This document shows, piece by piece, positions 36,611-48,756 of a DNA stretch of 56,131 nt. Source of the stretch: Octopus bimaculoides (taxonomy: Eukaryota); NCBI RefSeq assembly GCF_001194135.2, contig NC_068984.1, forward strand, positions 145,179,876-145,236,006. Direction: 5' to 3'. Made by a program: the position numbers and the translations under genes. Positions within the stretch are counted from its first letter, which is position 1; each line of letters starts with the position of its first letter. The notes beneath the pieces are model-generated. The model did not search any database. It was not told the DNA's origin and was given only the letters and a program-made list of their open reading frames with translations.

Positions 36611-38271
36611 TCAGTATAACCTTGTGATGTATGACTGTACCCCAGTTTAATTGTACTCCAACAGGAAATCGCTCCAAGATGGTTGTAATGACACAATTAA
36701 AAAAAAAAACAGAATGTTGGTTATTTATCCACATTGTTTTGAATTAATCATGCATTATCTCTTGGCCTTGAGATTTCAGTGATTTGATTGATTATTTAAA
36801 AAAATGACATAGTGGGGTATGTGTGAGATGCCAGATCTGGCTAGTTTGAACCTAAAACAGGTTGAATATTTGGGTCAGATTTGGCTGGATTAAATGCTGA
36901 AGGGTGAAACTATTGTTAATTCCTCTTGGAACTCTACATCCCATCAAAGATCTCTTGTCTGCTAATTTCTAACAAGATGAACATCTTGTCATTTCATATC
37001 TCCTCCCCCCCCTCCTCAAATCCCCTCTCATTTATCAATTGGTTGTGTCTATTAAATTCCTAACAAAACCATAATCCAAAGAAGGAGGGTAAAGGATCTA
37101 ATCCTAAGTCTATTTGCTTTCCATATTCCGGAACTTTTTTTATATCTACCCGAACTTTCCTTGCTTCAAGACATTCTATTATTAGAGCCTTCCACATTGC
37201 AATATTCCATGCACTGTAACCTTCCACTTACAGGGATTCCCCAGATTCTGGAAGTTTCTAAACATTGGAAACTTCCACAGATTAGCTGGAAGTTTGTGAG
37301 GACCGGAATTAATTTTTATGACAAGTGAAATACAAATATTTTCTGAACTGATATTTAAAATATTTATTTTTGTTGTACACCTTGCCTGTTCCATTAGACC
37401 ATTTTGTAAAAAAATCTCTTCTGTAGCAATAGTTGTCCAAAGACATTTATTTATAGAAATCAGAGCTTTTTGACATTTTGATGCTCAATTTTTTTCTTTA
37501 AATTATACATATTTTTTTTTTCCAATTTAAATAATTTTTTAATATATCACATGTCATTATAAGAAAATTAGATGTTTAGTTAGGGATTTTGACAACTGAA
37601 ATTCTTGTAGAAAGCACTGGAATATTTTTACTCCCATTTCCTGTATGTCTGTAGATATCAGAAGCTTGTTATTCTAAAAAACAGAAATTACCGTAAATTT
37701 TTGTATCATAGCATTTTCATTTGTAATCATTCCATATTTTCAGCTAGACTCAATAAAACCACAACTTTTAATAAACATTATTTAAGTTTTATTTTGTTTT
37801 AAATCTTCAAGTCTTTTTGTTTTTGAGTGGTTGTGTGGTTAAGAAGCTTGTTTCCTAACCACATCATTTTGGGTTCAGTCCTATTCCATGTAGATTCCAA
37901 TTGTAGATTTAGTTGATGGAAACTGAAAGAAGCCTGTTGTATAAGCGTCACAATCATCATTTTTTTTATGTCTGTATGAGTTAGAGGTTAAGCAACCATC
38001 TAAGGGATAATAAATATCCAATAAACTACTGGAGGGATACCTATGTATTTATATCCAAGCGCTTACTATTGCAGGGCAATATCGCAATTGAATAATAGGT
38101 ATGGCTGGGGGTAAATTGGAAAGTTACCCAGGATTTATAAGACAAACAAGAAAATGGAGAGGATAAACAGTCGACCAACATTAGCCAGTAAACATTCCAT
38201 TATATCTATTAAATGATAACAAATGTATTTAAGTGGTACAAGTAAACAAATGATATCAGCCAATAAATACG

Positions 38272-38309
<38 letters not shown>

Positions 38310-39314
38310 GGTAATAATAATAGGGATAAAAATCCAAATTTACAGGCAAAAACTCAATTAAATTCAATTTATCAAAATTAAAATTCAATTTTCATAATAT
38401 ATAAATATATAATTTAGAGAAAAGAATCAAAGTTCATGAATTCATCCATGAAAATCCACAGTCACATATAGAAAAATTTAATAGGTAAATACACGATAAA
38501 TAAGTATAATAAAATACAAAGTAAAAATAATAATAAAACTGTTTGACTTGTTTATATTTGATCCCCAGCATCGCTTGACAACTGGTGTTCGTTTGTTTAC
38601 GTCTCCGTAACTTAGTGATTCAGCAAAAGAAACCGAAAGAGTACCAGACTTGAAAAGAAAAAAAAGTATTGAGATCACTTTGTTTGACTCAACCCCTGAA
38701 GGCGGTGCTCCAGCATGGCGCAGGCCAATGATGCTTAAATATTCGTAGATTGGCTTGCAGAATTTCTCAGTGAGAAAGAGGTTTGCCTTCACGCCAAATC
38801 GAAGATATCTACAAAAATATACATGCAACGGTCGATGGTAAGACATAGCGTACGATTTGAATAATTCGCTTGAAATAGAAAGAGAAAAGAGAATCGATCG
38901 TATATAATTCCTAACTGTTTTAAAGGAACATAGAACAACTAATTCCATGATCCTAAGTTGTGTAGTATTAAGGAGCTCATAAAAGGGTGAAATAACGTTA
39001 TCTACAGTTAATAGAGGACTCAAAAAGTGAATTATATGGAAATATTATTTCATGTTCTCTTACTCGTACAAAACAGGCTTCTCATAATAATAAGCAAAAA
39101 AAAAAAAAAAAATTGTAAACCCTCAGCGGTTCTCTCCTCTCAGAGGGACACTTCACATCCCTTTTATTTCTTGGTAAACTCTCTTTCTCTCCCTCTCTTA
39201 CTCCGAAAGTAACTGTAGATGGCAGCACCAAAAGTCGTCAGTTAAATTTCCCGCGTATATAAATATACATATACACACACATATACATACACACATATAT
39301 ATGTGTATGTATAT

Positions 39315-39357
<43 letters not shown>

Positions 39358-39471
39358 AAAGTGATTATTTGGACCTTGGGTATACGATTCGTGGTATGCC
39401 GATTAAAGAATTTTCACTGTTTAGGCTGCCTGATATAAGTGTCAATGGAATTTTGCAGCGTTCATTGATTT

Positions 39472-40129
39472 TATAATGAATGAGGAAAGAAAATGGAGTT
39501 CGCAAGAATCTTTATTTAGCAGAACGATCGTTTCCACCCATCCTGCATCTGTCCCCTGTGGGTGGGATACTGTACAAATGGTTGTGTTGCTTCCTCCAGT
39601 GCAGAATGCATCTCATCGGGCGTCTTGTTTGAAATAATATATATACTTCGCTAAATATACTCAGTTTCGTTTGACATGACCACATATGTAGATATGTATA
39701 TATGTATGTCTATATATGTGTTCATGTCAAGACGTGTTTACTTACTTTTCTTCATTTTATCTTTTAATTGTTTACTTTTGACATTATTCTATTTTTTATC
39801 GTGTATTACTTTACTCTATGCCAGGTACTCACAATGAACTGCAACCGGACACATTAATCGGTTATAACCGGGAAATTGTACCTATCCACTAATATTACAG
39901 TCAACACCCTACTGGCGACAACAACATGCCAAGCGAAGCGATGTAGATTTGGCGAGGCATCTTATTTAAAACAAGACACCCAATGTGATATATTTTGCAC
40001 TGGAGGATGCAGCGCAACCAGTTGCACAGTATCCCACCCACAAGGGACAGATGCAAGATGGGTCGAAACGATAGTTGTGTTGAATAAAGATTCTTGCTAA
40101 CTCAATTTTCCGTTTCCTTCATTCATAAT
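39472..40129. repeat. inverted repeat with arms of about 165 bp (39472-39637 and 39962-40129)
   Basis: For example catcctgcatctgtcccctgtgggtgggatactgt matches the reverse complement of arm 2 at 33 of 35 positions. Confidence 0.9.
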
Positions 40130-40337
40130 ATATATATATAAATATATATATATAGACTATATGCATGTGTGTGTGTATGAATTTTGTTAGCGAAACTAAA
40201 TTTAGCGGAAGCTGATTGGTCCACCAACGGTTTCCAAAGTGAGCGAAAACGCTAATCCGCTAAACGAAAAGTTAGCTTCGCTAAATAGCTGCTTGCGGAT
40301 TAGTGGATCTGTGTCCATTATTGTATGTGTGTGTGTA

Positions 40338-40402
<65 letters not shown>

Positions 40403-40406
<4 letters not shown>

Positions 40407-40741
40407 AAGGTGAAATATTTAAGATTAAATCAAATTTCACTTGTGCCTCGGAAAATCTAATCTATGCCATTACATGCTTAGGGTGTTGTAATAATTATAT
40501 TAGCCAAACAGGAATATCACTCCGTAGAAGAACCACTCTCCACAAAGAACAAATCCGCTACCAACAATACAAACAGATACAGGTCAGTGGACACATAGAA
40601 AGGTGTGCGAGGAATCTTAATCCTAATTTCCTAATTTTCCCCTTCTATCAATGTTCATAAAACACCCCAATACAACAAAGAATGAATAAAGAGACAACTT
40701 TCATCAATAAATATCTTCCACAAGTAAATATGAACACATAA
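40403..40741 (+). mobile_element. Penelope-like element GIY-YIG endonuclease, one in-frame stop at 40658
   Basis: FKIKSNFTCASENLIYAITCLGCCNNYISQTG..LRRR...H...FLIFPFY...E..FINKYLPQVN. Confidence 0.85.
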
Positions 40742-40929
40742 CATAATGCAGAACACTACTAACCTTTCAGTTAATACCACTAACCCCCATACATCCCATA
40801 CACCATTCACATTACAGATCTATATCTACCCTAATTGCACCAAATCCAGAACTACTTACCTCCCTTACACATAATCATTTTACTCAGGGGCTGGTAGACC
40901 TGACATCGTTCAGTAATCGGTGTGCATTC

Positions 40930-40968
40930 AAAGCAATGACTAGTATTATTACGAAACCGGTATGCTTT
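40930..40968 (+). ncRNA. minimal type-I hammerhead ribozyme motif with compensatory A3-U8 core pair
   Basis: Stem I AAAGCA/TGCTTT; core ATGACTA; stem II GTA-ttat-TAC; GAA; stem III AC-cg-GT; triplet GTA; about 190 nt downstream of the PLE endonuclease ORF. Confidence 0.7.
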
Positions 40969-42408
40969 TGAATCTCTTTAACAACTCACAATAATGACCT
41001 TTATTACCTTTATTCCTACCTCAGTTCATCTAATTGTGTATATCTATCGTTACTTTTCATAAAAAGCCTTACCTTCTTTTTGATTTCCAATGTGCATTTT
41101 CGCTTATTTTTTTTCCCCTTACATTTCCACGTGTAGTTTCTATTTTGTTTTTGTANNNNNNNNNNNNNNNNNNNNNNNNNNNNNNNNNNNNNNNNNNNNN
41201 NNNNNNNNNNNNNNNNNNNNNNNNNNNNNNNNNNNNNNNNNNNNNNNNNNNNNNNNNNNNNNNNNNNNNNNNNNNNNNNNNNNNNNNNNNNNNNNNNNNN
41301 NNNNNNNNNNNNNNNNNNNNNNNNNNNNNNNNNNNNNNNNNNNNNNNNNNNNNNNNNNNNNNNNNNNNNNNTCTCCACACCACCATCCTAATCAAGCACC
41401 AGGGGTCGATTTCTGCGACTAAAAGGCGGTGCTCCAGCATGGCCGCAGTAAAAATGCCCGAAACAAGTAAAAGAGAAAAAGAAGAAAAGAATATTTATAT
41501 ATTACTCACCGTAAACAGATGCTCGGAATCTGAAGTATGTGCTACATGTGTTTCCCATAAATTTTCTGATTTTGTCTGCATGGGACGAAGAGAAAGGCGG
41601 AAAATATCAGAAAAATTCAAATCTTTGCAACATAACGATAACAACAAAAACAACAACAATGGCGATACTACTACTACTACTACTAATAATAATAATGATA
41701 ATAATAATAATAATAATAATAGCAACACTACTACTACTACTACTTTTTTCTCTTTGTAATAACAGTTTTTAATAAAATTTTAGTCAGCGTTTATGTTTGC
41801 GATTGTATGTGTGTGTGTGTGCGTGTGTGCGCGCGCGCATGCGTGTGTATGTTTGTTTTTTAGAATTTAAATAACCCCGCCTTTGTCATCATCATCATCA
41901 TATTGTCATCATCATCATCATCATCATATTGTCATCATCACTGCAAGAGACTTGTAATGTAAACGTGTTCTTATGTCGGTTTATTATTAAATCATGATTA
42001 ATGTTCGTATAAGAGTACATACATACATGCATGCATACATACATGCATACATACATACATGCATGCATACATCCAAAATGGCGCAAAAGTCAGTGACTTT
42101 CACACAAAGAGACTATTTATCTTTCGTGTAATGTATGCTGTCTCCTAAAAATGTTACCATTAATAGAAGTGTTGCCAAAAAATTGGTTATCTTCGGATAA
42201 ATGCGAAGAATTCCCATTTTAAGTAAAGATTGTAGAAGTAATCAAATGCTAAAAATAATTGAAACTCAACGCGTAGGATCACTAGAGCATGCAGCATATC
42301 TGGACAATAGACTGGGATAAGCGACAGTGGCGGAGCTTAATGGGGTGGAGCGATAGGAGTCGAGCCACCCCAGATGATACTTTTACGGGGACAGGACTTT
42401 TGAGTCTT

Positions 42409-42860
42409 TTATACCAGCCTGTATGGGCTATATTGTCTCGGGAAGGCAGAGAACTCAAGGGTTGCTTCGGGTAGCACGCACGACCATTTTATAGTTCCCT
42501 CTCCATACCGTAATAATGCTATCGCCCATGTATTAACTGTTTGGATTTTATTCCATCCAGTCAGTTTTGAGCGCAACACCAACCTCAGTCTTCGGAAATC
42601 CTCCATCCTCAGTTGCTCTTTCATTTCTTTTTCCATTATCTCGTTGAACTCTAGTACACCAAGGTATTTGTATCGTTTCGTTTCAATTTGCTTAATCAAG
42701 TCTCTATTCGGTAATGCTGTCCCTGCTAGGGACTGTACCTTGCCTCTTTTTAGGTAGCTTATTCCGAACTTCTTGAGTCCAAATTCCATTCTAATATCGG
42801 TACTAAAACAGTGGACCGTGTTCATCAAGGAACTCACTTGTATCTTGGGCAGAGATAGCT
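42409..42860 (-). mobile_element. R4/Dong-like non-LTR retrotransposon RT C-terminal fragment
   Basis: FSTDIRMEFGLKK...LKRGK...YKYLGVLE...LVLRSKLTGWNKIQTVNTWAIALLRYG. Confidence 0.85.
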
Positions 42861-42864
42861 AACA

Positions 42865-44160
42865 TGTACATCGCATCTATCTCCTACTACCGTTTGACCG
42901 TCGTGCCTTGTCCCGGCCACCGTCTGATTATGCTGGAGGGTTTACTCTTCCGCTTCTTGAGAAAGGGACGCGTCCCAATGGTCAGGCGCTCTATCTGCTG
43001 TCAACACCTGCTGCGTGGTGGCCTGAGCATGTCGTGGTTGATGATATGCACACATGTGCTGAGGCAACGACATCCCCAGTGCTTCCTTGACGGTGAACAG
43101 TCGTGGTCGCCGTTCGCCAGACGCGTATTTCCCCAGCTGGTCTCTTTAACGAAGCTACAGTCATGGGTCAAACAGAGATCTATCTAGAGAAGGTATTTAG
43201 AAAGTGGAATGTCTTCAAGCGCTCACAGCCCTCAGCCAATCGGACACTGCAATAGGTGGAACGTCCACTTTAGCTTTCTGTAGAGGATTAGTGGAAGAAA
43301 AGTGCGACGGCGTTCTTGGAGAGGCCTTGGGCGTTGAAGATCAGCTAGCTGCTCCTTTCGGGAGAATTTCGATCCGGGAGAAATGGATAACTTCCAAAAA
43401 TCTCTGGCCTGGCAGTGCTACCGGGAAGCTTTGCCTGTTCCAGATAAACTTTACAGGTACAGAAGTGCCGTCAGCCGAGCATGTCTGAGATGCGCGCAGG
43501 ACGACGAGACGGTCCTGCATGCACTCGTTCAGCATTGCTGACCGGTGGGCTTATGTCGAACACCTGCTGTCGCATGTGGGACGGATCCAGCTGTCAACTG
43601 AATCCACCGTGAAGATTGTCCCGCCACCTTTCTTTATCCGGGAAGGAAAGGCTGTTTTTATATGCCTGGTGGCCATGGTGAAAGAGATTGTATGGTGGAC
43701 GTGATTGAAGGGGTTGAAGACAAACACTTTTCTCTTTGGCCAATCCCTGAAGAACTTCGAGTTTCACGTGAAAAGGAAAATAAGGGTCGAGAGGAAAGTA
43801 TTGTCTTCTGGTCAGTTTGCTGAAAGGTAGATGAAAGTGGCGAGAATGGTGCGAGTGAACGGGCCTGCCCTGAGCATACGCCTGTAATTGGAAAAGGCGA
43901 AAGAAGAAAAAAGCACCTGCCCCAAAAGTCAGGGTACCCATAGTTTTTTATGGAATTTTTCCATGAGCAGCCCTCGAACGTCTCCTCCCTACTGAGAATT
44001 ACACAGTGTTGACTTTTTTTCTGCATTATGTTAATCTTGCTTACACGCAAAACCCTCACAATAACATCCCCCCCCACATTCTTTGTTTTGTCTTGGACTG
44101 TCCATAATGTTTTTCTTAATGTAAACCCTTTGTGGTTAATAAAGAAATCATTATTACTAT
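42865..44160 (+). mobile_element. L1/Tx1-like LINE 3' portion (zf-RVT region, 3' UTR, AATAAA, TTA tail), frameshifted
   Basis: MDNFQKSLAWQCYREALPV.DKL...ACLRCAQDDETVLHAL, then RWAYVEHLL...KAVFICLVAMVKEIVWW; AATAAA at 44138-44143. Confidence 0.8.
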
Positions 44161-46139
44161 TAATTTAACTTTCAATCACCCTCGTCTCTGTTTCCATCTC
44201 AACGACCAGGCTTCTACTAAACAATATATAAATTGCACTTTCATAAGCTCTGAAAAAGTACAAAAAGTACAACAGAATGAGTTCTGTTAAGAAAGAGAAC
44301 CAAAGTTTTCATAATTCAACAACAGCACCACAATCAGCAACATAAAAACTACAGTTCATGCAATCAACGAAATAATTATAGACACATTCAAAAAAATCTA
44401 AGCCGAAAGGCAATATAAAAGTTAGTTACAAATAGCTGACTTCATAAAAACCAGTGACAATACACCCACAGCATACACAACCGAAACAAAACTCATAATC
44501 AAACAATTAAACAAAAAAAGTAATTATATAAATCAGAAAAAATAGAGAACTGTTAGACATTTGTATCCAGCGTTAACTACAAAACAATTTATAAATCGCT
44601 GCTGTGAGTCAAATGGCAGCATTAATAATAACAATAATTACATCATAATCTGTCAAAATAAAAGCGTTAATAATTGTGTCAAAATTTGGCTTAAGGTTAG
44701 CAGTTTTAGGTGAGGAAGTACAACGTTTACATCAATCCCAGCCATTAACTGCTATTTGTTTTATCCACTCCAATAGGATGAAAGACAAAGTTGACCTCAG
44801 CGAAATTTGAACTCAGAGCATCAAGTTGGCACAGCTGCTGTTAAGTATTTCGTCCGTCATGCTAAGGGTTGCACCACCTCAGCACTCTTATAGTTGCTAA
44901 AAATGACTACAAACCTACACTGCAATACATCTACACTATAAGCCAATACCAGTGGCGGATCGTAGATAAAATTAGTGCGGGGGGGGGGGCTTTGCTGCTT
45001 CAGAAAATGTTTAGCCGTTGTTTTAATATTGTGTAAAAGGAAGCAAAACGTATGAAAAGAAAATCCATACATAAACTTGATCGGTTCGCGTTTTAGCCAC
45101 TTAATTTGTTCACTGAACACCGCCTTGTTTTTCAACCCCTCGCCTCCATAAATCATAAAATAAGTGGGGGAAATCTGCCCTCATTTTCAAATTCTGGCAG
45201 CAATACTGTAGCTGGAAGCAGGATAATAATCTAATTCTACACTTTATCACATTCAAAAATATAAACACGATTTTAATTACAACACACGCGGAGTCAAAAA
45301 GAAACATTACATTTCATCAGCACACCAGGGTCGGCACTGCGTGAACCACTGTGCTCTCTTTCCCTAGTGTGCAGTTTCCTATCTCGGACATGTAAGCATG
45401 TGCACGACAGCCAAACAAATGAATAATCAGACATCAAAATCCTTACAAAGAAGAGAAGAACACTAAACGAGTAATACGTTCCTTCCAACAAGACCAGGTT
45501 TTTGACTACTTCATCCATCGGACACCCAGAAAGAAAGAGAGACATCTAAAGGTCAACAGCCTCAGGGTTGGACAAAATGGCTTACAAATGACTAACGCGA
45601 AGCTTTGACGCTTTGTAGAAATCATTGCACTCACTAACCTCAACAATTACACGTAGCAACACCATGCTGTTGTCGAACTTCAAATAGGAAATAGATGATG
45701 GCTTCAACAACAGCAACAACGACCTTCCCTACTTACCATTTTATTTATAGTCCCCCACTTTACATAAAAACCACTTCCAACTACTCAGACACGCATATAA
45801 CTACCCCATGACACTACCACAACAATATTCTAAGAATACTAGAATAAGGAAGATGATCAAATAGTAACAGTTGTAACCGCACTGGTTTCGAATTCTGTTG
45901 AAATTAGGAAAACAGGTTGCAACCAAGAGGACGTCTCGCTTTATTTCCTCTCTTGTCAAGTTTTCTCTGAAGAAGAACTCCGTCCGAAACGCTTTTTGCT
46001 GATTTAACTACACACATACACACATACATACACACAATCACATATACACATACACACCTACACGCACTCTGTCAAACACACACATGCAAACACACAAACA
46101 TACACGCAAACACACACACATACAACGTAATCACACACG

Positions 46140-46185
<46 letters not shown>

Positions 46186-46544
46186 AGCACAAATATACAC
46201 TCATATGCACTCTCTCTTTCTCTCCCACACACACAAGCACACACGCACACTCTCAAGATTCTAAATGTCTACATAAAGAAAATTTCTCTGATGCGAACGT
46301 TTGATACCCCATGACCTCGTTAGTGCACGTGATGGAACCCCGCAGTCACAGAAATACGTGACCTCTGGGATGTTTTGCGGCAGCAAATGGAAACAGTTGA
46401 AGAGCCTAACGGGATAATTGCAAATCTGAAGACTTTATGTCAACTGAAATCCTTTGGTTTTAACTTTGGTGTCGCATTTCTTCAGATATGTTTCTCAAGA
46501 ACATAAAAACTTTTAGATTTGTGAGAATTCTATGTTCAAAGCGA

Positions 46545-46785
46545 AGACGTGGTCTAGTGAACAAGGTGTTGCCCTCACGATCGTCAGACCATGGTATCGA
46601 TTCCCGGAGCGGGCGGTAGGGTGTATCTTTCAAGTTTTTTTTCACGCTGCTCCATTTTACCCAGCTGTAAAGGATCCAGCCCTGCCATGGACTGGCATCG
46701 CCTTCAGGGGTGGGGGTGAGGGTAGTGTTGATATCTCAGTCACTTCTGCGCCGCCATGGAACCCGAGTAACCAGCCTTGTGAATC
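46545..46785 (+). mobile_element. decayed tRNA-headed SINE
   Basis: gacgtggtctagtg ... ggtatcgattcccgg ... acccagctgtaaa ... cctgccatggactggcatc. Confidence 0.5.
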
Positions 46786-48128
46786 TGTAGACATGAAACT
46801 GTACCTTCTTACTTTTATTATGTTCAGAAAGAAAAGACATTCGTTGGACAACACAACTCAAGATAAATCACTTTGAGGTAAAAAATGGGATGATCACGGA
46901 TGGAATGCATTTACGAGAGACTCGTTCTATGAAGGCCGAGCTGGAGTTAACAATGGATAACAACAAACGAATGGTAATTAAATTGATAGTTACCCCACAT
47001 AGTTTACTGGTATAACACCTCGGAACAATTGGTCGTATCATGAAATAAAACGATTTCATTTTCACTAGTAATTGTATCATTAATTTATTAAAAGCATCAG
47101 TAATTTCGGTTTCAGTTCGTAATGATTAATTTTCATTAATTACCGAAAGGACACCCACTACAAAATGGAAAACTTTATGAAAAAACTTTAGAATTATTCT
47201 TCCGCTTTCTCTCCCGGTTCATTATATATATTTATATAGATGTGTGTGTCTGTGTGTGTGTCTGTGTGTGTGTACGTGACAATTTCTGCAAAAAAACACC
47301 TGACAGTCACGATATTTGAAAGATTTTCTAAAAAGTGATTCAGTATTTAATGAAAAAAATCTTGGAAAAACAGAATAACACACGATCCTGGTTGAAAGAA
47401 GTTTTCATAATGTATGCATCAGTGTATGTATGTCTATAGGCATACACATATACATGTATGCCTATATANNNNNNNNNNNNNNNNNNNNNNNNNNNNNNNN
47501 NNNNNNNNNNNNNNNNNNNNNNNNNNNNNNNNNNNNNNNNNNNNNNNNNNNNNNNNNNNNNNNNNNNNNNNNNNNNNNNNNNNNNNNNNNNNNNNNNNNN
47601 NNNNNNNNNNNNNNNNNNNNNNNNNNNNNNNNNNNNNNNNNNNNNNNNNNNNNNNNNNNNNNNNNNNNNNNNNNNNNNNNNNNNNNNNNNNNNNNNNNNN
47701 NNNNNNNNNNNNNNNNNNNNNNNNNNNNNNNNNNNNNNNNNNNNNNNNNNNNNNNNNNNNNNNNNNNNNNNNNNNNNNNNNNNNNNNNNNNNNNNNNNNN
47801 NNNNNNNNNNNNNNNNNNNNNNNNNNNNNNNNNNNNNNNNNNNNNNNNNNNNNNNNNNNNNNNNNNNNNNNNNNNNNNNNNNNNNNNNNNNNNNNNNNNN
47901 NNNNNNNNNNNNNNNNNNNNNNNNNNNNNNNNNNNNNNNNNNNNNNNNNNNNNNNNNNNNNNNNNNNNNNNNNNNNNNNNNNNNNNNNNNNNNNNNNNNN
48001 NNNNNNNNNNNNNNNNNNNNNNNNNNNNNNNNNNNNNNNNNNNNNNNNNNNNNNNNNNNNNNNNNNNNNNNNNNNNNNNNNNNNNNNNNNNNNNNNNNNN
48101 NNNNNNNNNNNNNNNNNNNNNNNNNNNN

Positions 48129-48202
<74 letters not shown>

Positions 48203-48756
48203 CAGGGTGGCCACTGAAAAGCTGAAGGGTTTGAAAATGTCATAACCTGCTCGTTTTCAATCTTTCTTTTCCTTTTTTCTTTTTGTATGTTATAGAGCAT
48301 CTCTTGGAGATCAAAATGGCTACGTACGATGTCCAGCAACGAATAAAACTCAATGAGTTTTTCTATTCCAGTGAAAGATCAATTATTGAAACTCTTAGAA
48401 AATACCGGCAACAGTTTAGTGTCAGAGCATCTCCCAGCAATAACATGATTCGGAACCTAATCGCCTGGTTTGAAAGAACTGGATCAGTCGGCGATCTTCC
48501 GGGAAGAGGTCCTAAGCCTACTGTGCGACCTGACGCACCAGTGGAAGCTGTACGGCAGAGTGTCCTTGAGGATCCATCAGCCTCTACCCGTCGTTACTCT
48601 GCTCAACTAGGCATCGCCAGAACATCGCTTCAGAAGATTCTGAAACTGGATTTAAAAATGTTTCCATCTAAATAAAATAATGGAATAACAAAAAACCCAC
48701 GTGTTTGTAAAAATTATTTTTGTTTTATATCATTCAGTCTTTCAGTGGCCAACCTG
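48203..48756 (+). mobile_element. 554-bp internally deleted Tc1/mariner-family element with both TIRs and TA target duplication
   Basis: Left TA|CAGGGTGGCCACTGAAAAGCTGAA; right TTCAGTCTTTCAGTGGCCAACCTG|TA. Confidence 0.9.
48316..48675 (+). CDS. intact 119-aa N-terminal DNA-binding (HTH, DUF4817-like) part of a Tc1/mariner transposase; no DDE/D domain
   Basis: caaaATGg context; MATYDVQQRIKL...FERTGSVGDLPGRGPK...VRQSVLEDPSASTRRYSAQLGIARTSLQKILKLDLKMFP, then stop. Confidence 0.75.
   Translation: MATYDVQQRIKLNEFFYSSERSIIETLRKYRQQFSVRASPSNNMIRNLIAWFERTGSVGDLPGRGPKPTVRPDAPVEAVRQSVLEDPSASTRRYSAQLGIARTSLQKILKLDLKMFPSK

Noticed and set aside
36025-36619. Overlapping 60-125 aa ORFs
   Set aside because: They come from the degenerate minisatellite, are open on both strands and have no recognisable domain.
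38761-38837. Plus-strand exon-like unit (ttgcag … G|gtaaga)
   Set aside because: No polypyrimidine tract, directly after a SINE tail, and no partner exons.
39180-39260. CTCF-like AGATGGCAGCA, E2F-like TTTCCCGC and a minus-strand donor as a promoter
   Set aside because: Short partial motif matches that are expected by chance, with no linked exon chain.
44950-45145. hAT-like TIR start CAGTGGCGGATC
   Set aside because: No convincing matching right TIR or 8-bp target duplication.
45294-45545. 83-aa minus ORF with an FN3-like look (LVLLEGTYYSFSV)
   Set aside because: The similarity is limited to a few residues and no phase-compatible neighbouring exons were found.
45967-45995. CTGAAGA-A-GAAC-tcc-GTCC-GAAAC hammerhead
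   Set aside because: The core is canonical, but stem II has a mismatch, U16.1 is absent and stem I cannot form; probably a dead copy.
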